From: Octopus sinensis
Taxonomy: Eukaryota
Assembly (NCBI RefSeq): GCF_006345805.1
Contig: NC_043007.1
Location: 54,808,001-54,872,000, forward strand
DNA length: 64,000 bases
Direction of reading: 5' to 3'
Numbering within the stretch: position 1 is the stretch's first letter; every line of letters begins with the position of its first letter. This document shows, in pieces, positions 61,107 to 64,000 of the stretch. The position numbers and the translations under genes were made by a program. Under the pieces are notes generated by a model. That model saw only the letters and a list, made by a program, of their open reading frames with translations. It searched no databases and had not been told where the DNA came from.

Positions 61107-62586
61107 TTATATATACTCCATTATCTCTAACAAATCTTGGTAAATTTCCATCGTTTGTGGCCACCTTGTAAGTCGGCATTTCATATGTTTTGTCACGTTC
61201 TTGCCAGCTGCCTCGATGAACGCCTCAGCGTCATTCTCGTGGACGAGTGTACCTGTTTCTTTCCATTCGGTGCCCATCCTGACCCACGTATATCCATCTG
61301 TTTGGTTTATTAAATCTTCCATCTCCTCACAATGCCTGTGATGGATCAACGTTCCATAGTATTTGAATTTTCTATTCGTACCTGCATTTTCTCTAGTTTT
61401 TCTCTTAGGACTTACTTCCTCTTTTTTCTCCTCTCGGTTTCTCTCTTTCTCTCTTTTTGCTTTCTCTTCTTTCTTTTTCCTTCTCTTGTCTTTTTGGCTC
61501 TTTGTCTGTCGTCTCTCTACCCTGTGCCTTATGTTCCTTTCCTGTTGTTTCTTTTCCTTTTTGCATACCATCTTTTCCTTTCTCTTGGTTCTGTTCCTTC
61601 TCTTGTTCTTTTCCTGTTTTTTCTCTTTCCTTTAATGTACTTTCCTTTTCTTTCTCTTGCTTCTGCCTTGGCTCCTTCTCCACTACTTCTCCACCCTGTG
61701 AATTTTGCTCCTTTTCTACTATCTTCTTCCCTTTGTTTTCATTTTCCTTCAGTGCGCTGTTACTTCCCTTCTCTTGTTGTTTCTCCGTTATTTCCTTTTC
61801 CTTGTTTTCGGTGTTCTTTCCTTCGTATTCGTTTTCCTTCTCTCCACTTTGTGTCTCTTTTTGCTCTGCTGTGAATTCATACAGTGGACATTCCTTTTTT
61901 ATGTGCCCTCTTGACCCGCACAAGTAGCAATTCGGTTTTCTCCCCTCCACAATTACACTAATTGTTTTCTCATTTTCTATTTCTATTTGGAAGGGAAACC
62001 TTTCGATGTCTTCCATTGTGGCCATCAGCCACAACTCTACTCCGAATCCCTTCCAATTTACAACGTTGGTCTCCTTTATTGACCCTATTTCTACTTCCTC
62101 CTTTGCTGACCCTAGAATGGCTGTTACCAGCATTTCTGTTTTTATTTCTGGGGGCACCTTTGGGACTCTTACCCGTACCCCTCGTCTTCCTTTATACGTC
62201 GGCCACATAGTGAAATTTTTGGCTTTCAGGACAGTGGAAGCTAATGAGGCCGCCACTTCCTTTGTTGCGCATCTCACCTCCACCGTACCATATTTCTTTC
62301 CTCTGTCTACAAAAGTTGCTTTTTTCATAATGTCCCCCAGACATTTCTCTATTTCTTCAATCGTCACTCTCACCAGTTTTCTCGTGTTCCTATCTTGCGT
62401 TCTATACGTTATCATCTTGTTATTTCTCTCCTCTATTGTTTCAACAGGCGGAACCAGCTTTACGCTGTCACCCTCCCTTTTGACGAACTTCTCGTATTCC
62501 TTCAATTGTTCTTTTCTAAAGAACACTTCTCTTATTCTCAGAGACTCATCACTTTTTGTTGTAGCGACCCCCGCGTAAGTCTTCAT
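61107..62586 (-). pseudogene. ORF1/gag-like CCHC protein, unit A; 2-bp deletion frameshift near 61433
   Basis: ORF 61405-62586 plus the 61107-61571 frame reconstruct a protein colinear with unit C; one CT of a (CT)n run is missing relative to C. Confidence 0.85.
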
Positions 62587-63240
62587 GACTTGAGGGTCGG
62601 CACACCTTCTATAAAAGGTTCACACACGCAGCGGCAAACGTCTCGCGCGATTCAATTTTTTAACAATTTTTTCCAAATTTTTCACATACAAAATAACTAA
62701 CCAACACAATCAATGAAGACTGGAATTGTTAGCTCTTCTTTTTTCTCTACATTGTATACTTTATAGACAATAGTCTTTTCTTTAATTTAATTTTTTATTA
62801 TCCATCTGGACTATTCCATTTCTGCACGCTAATTTTATTTTTAATTTAATTCCCATTCATGTGAAACCACTTATTCAAGTTCAAATCATTAATGCAATTT
62901 TATACCAATTGCTATTTTTACTTATATTATACTTTAGTTTGATTTTAATTATTACTTACTACATATAATTCAATTGTTATTATTATTTTTATTGTTAAAG
63001 TGAAAGCATCTGACATAAAATAGAGAAATATTTTTGTTTCACTTTTAACACGTAATACTGAAATAGTGGAGAAGATATGATATTGCTATGGGCTCGCTCT
63101 AGGCAAGAAATTGAACATTTTTTTTTGCCCATGAAACTACATGGATCCTAAGTAAGGCATGTGTAAAATTTGAATGAAATTGGTTGTGTAGTTCTCAAGT
63201 TTTAGGGAATCGTAGTGGCGAAGACAGACACACATTCTCA

Positions 63241-63279
<39 letters not shown>

Positions 63280-63294
63280 GCACACACACACACA

Positions 63295-63480
63295 CATTTG
63301 TGTGTGTGTGTCTTAGTATCTGTGTTTGTCCCCCAACCACTGCTTGACATCTGGTTTTGCTGTGTTTATGTCCTTGTAACTTAGTGGTTCAGTAAAAGAG
63401 ACCTATAGAATAAGTACCAGTCTTAAAAAGCAAGAATAAGTACTGAGTTCGATTCGTTTGACTAAAATTCCTAATGACTG
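63295..63480 (+). mobile_element. SINE family 1 3' half
   Basis: TGTGTTTGTCCCC..GCTTGACA..GTAACTTAG..AAAAGAGACC..TAGAATAAGTAC. Confidence 0.65.
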
Positions 63481-63769
63481 AAAACTTAAATAAAACCCAC
63501 AGTGGATTACTACTTCCACATCTTGAATGTTTGCTGCTAAACTGTATCACCTCTCCTCCCCACATTGTAGGCCATCAAAGACTCACAACCAACATTTCAA
63601 CCTTTACATCACAGACATCTTTTTACTGTTACTGAAACAATAGGCTCAGAGATAACTGCATAGTGTCTTCACTCATTTCCACCTTACTTGTTACCCATTC
63701 TTAAAAATGGGTCTAATTAAACTTTTAAAGCAGTCTCTATGTTTTTGTGCTACAAAAGGTGTATGGCTT

Positions 63770-63960
63770 AGTGGTTAGGGTATTTGGTACATAGTCGTAA
63801 TGTTGTGGGTTCGATTCCCAGCAGCATGTTGTGTCATTGAGCAAGCAAGATACTTTATTTCACATTGCTCCAGCTGGCAAAATGAGTTGTACGTGTATTT
63901 CAAAGGGTCAGCCTTGTCACATTCTGTGTCATGCTGAATCTTCCTCAGAACTACATTAAA
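63770..63960 (+). mobile_element. tRNA-like SINE head
   Basis: TGGCTTAGTGG (A box) and GGGTTCGATTCCC (B box). Confidence 0.55.
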
Positions 63961-64000
63961 GGTACGCGAGCAGGTTGTTCCGTTGATTGGATCAATTGGA

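Noticed and set aside
57482-62700. Many F/S/L-rich plus-strand ORFs
   Set aside because: Antisense shadows of the purine-rich K/E-coding minus-strand ORFs.

Overview
AT-rich, intron-containing animal DNA packed with repeats. The SINE, RTE and microsatellite repertoire looks like an Octopus-type cephalopod genome (recognition, not a search result). One host gene is well supported: UTP23 (+ strand, three coding exons at 34737-34953, 36785-36930 and 39789-40166, about 246 aa). The rest is mostly mobile DNA. It includes at least seven Penelope-like element (PLE) copies or fragments, two of them Naiad-type ORFs broken by only one frameshift, and several hammerhead ribozymes, one with a compensatory U3-A8 core. 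There are also a dead mariner within a 3.5-kb permuted inverted duplication, a Helitron PIF1-helicase fragment, RTE and HERO-like LINE remnants, tRNA-derived SINEs, and a cluster of MITEs with target-site duplications (TSDs). The best candidate for an undescribed system is at 57.2-62.7 kb. It is a head-to-tail array of three ~1.9-kb units, each encoding only an L1/Tx1-like ORF1-type protein (CCHC knuckle, charged linker, unfamiliar C-terminal domain) with no ORF2. Two of the units end in a 3' tail nearly identical to that of a SINE in the same window, suggesting 'half-LINE' (HAL1-like) non-autonomous retroelements.
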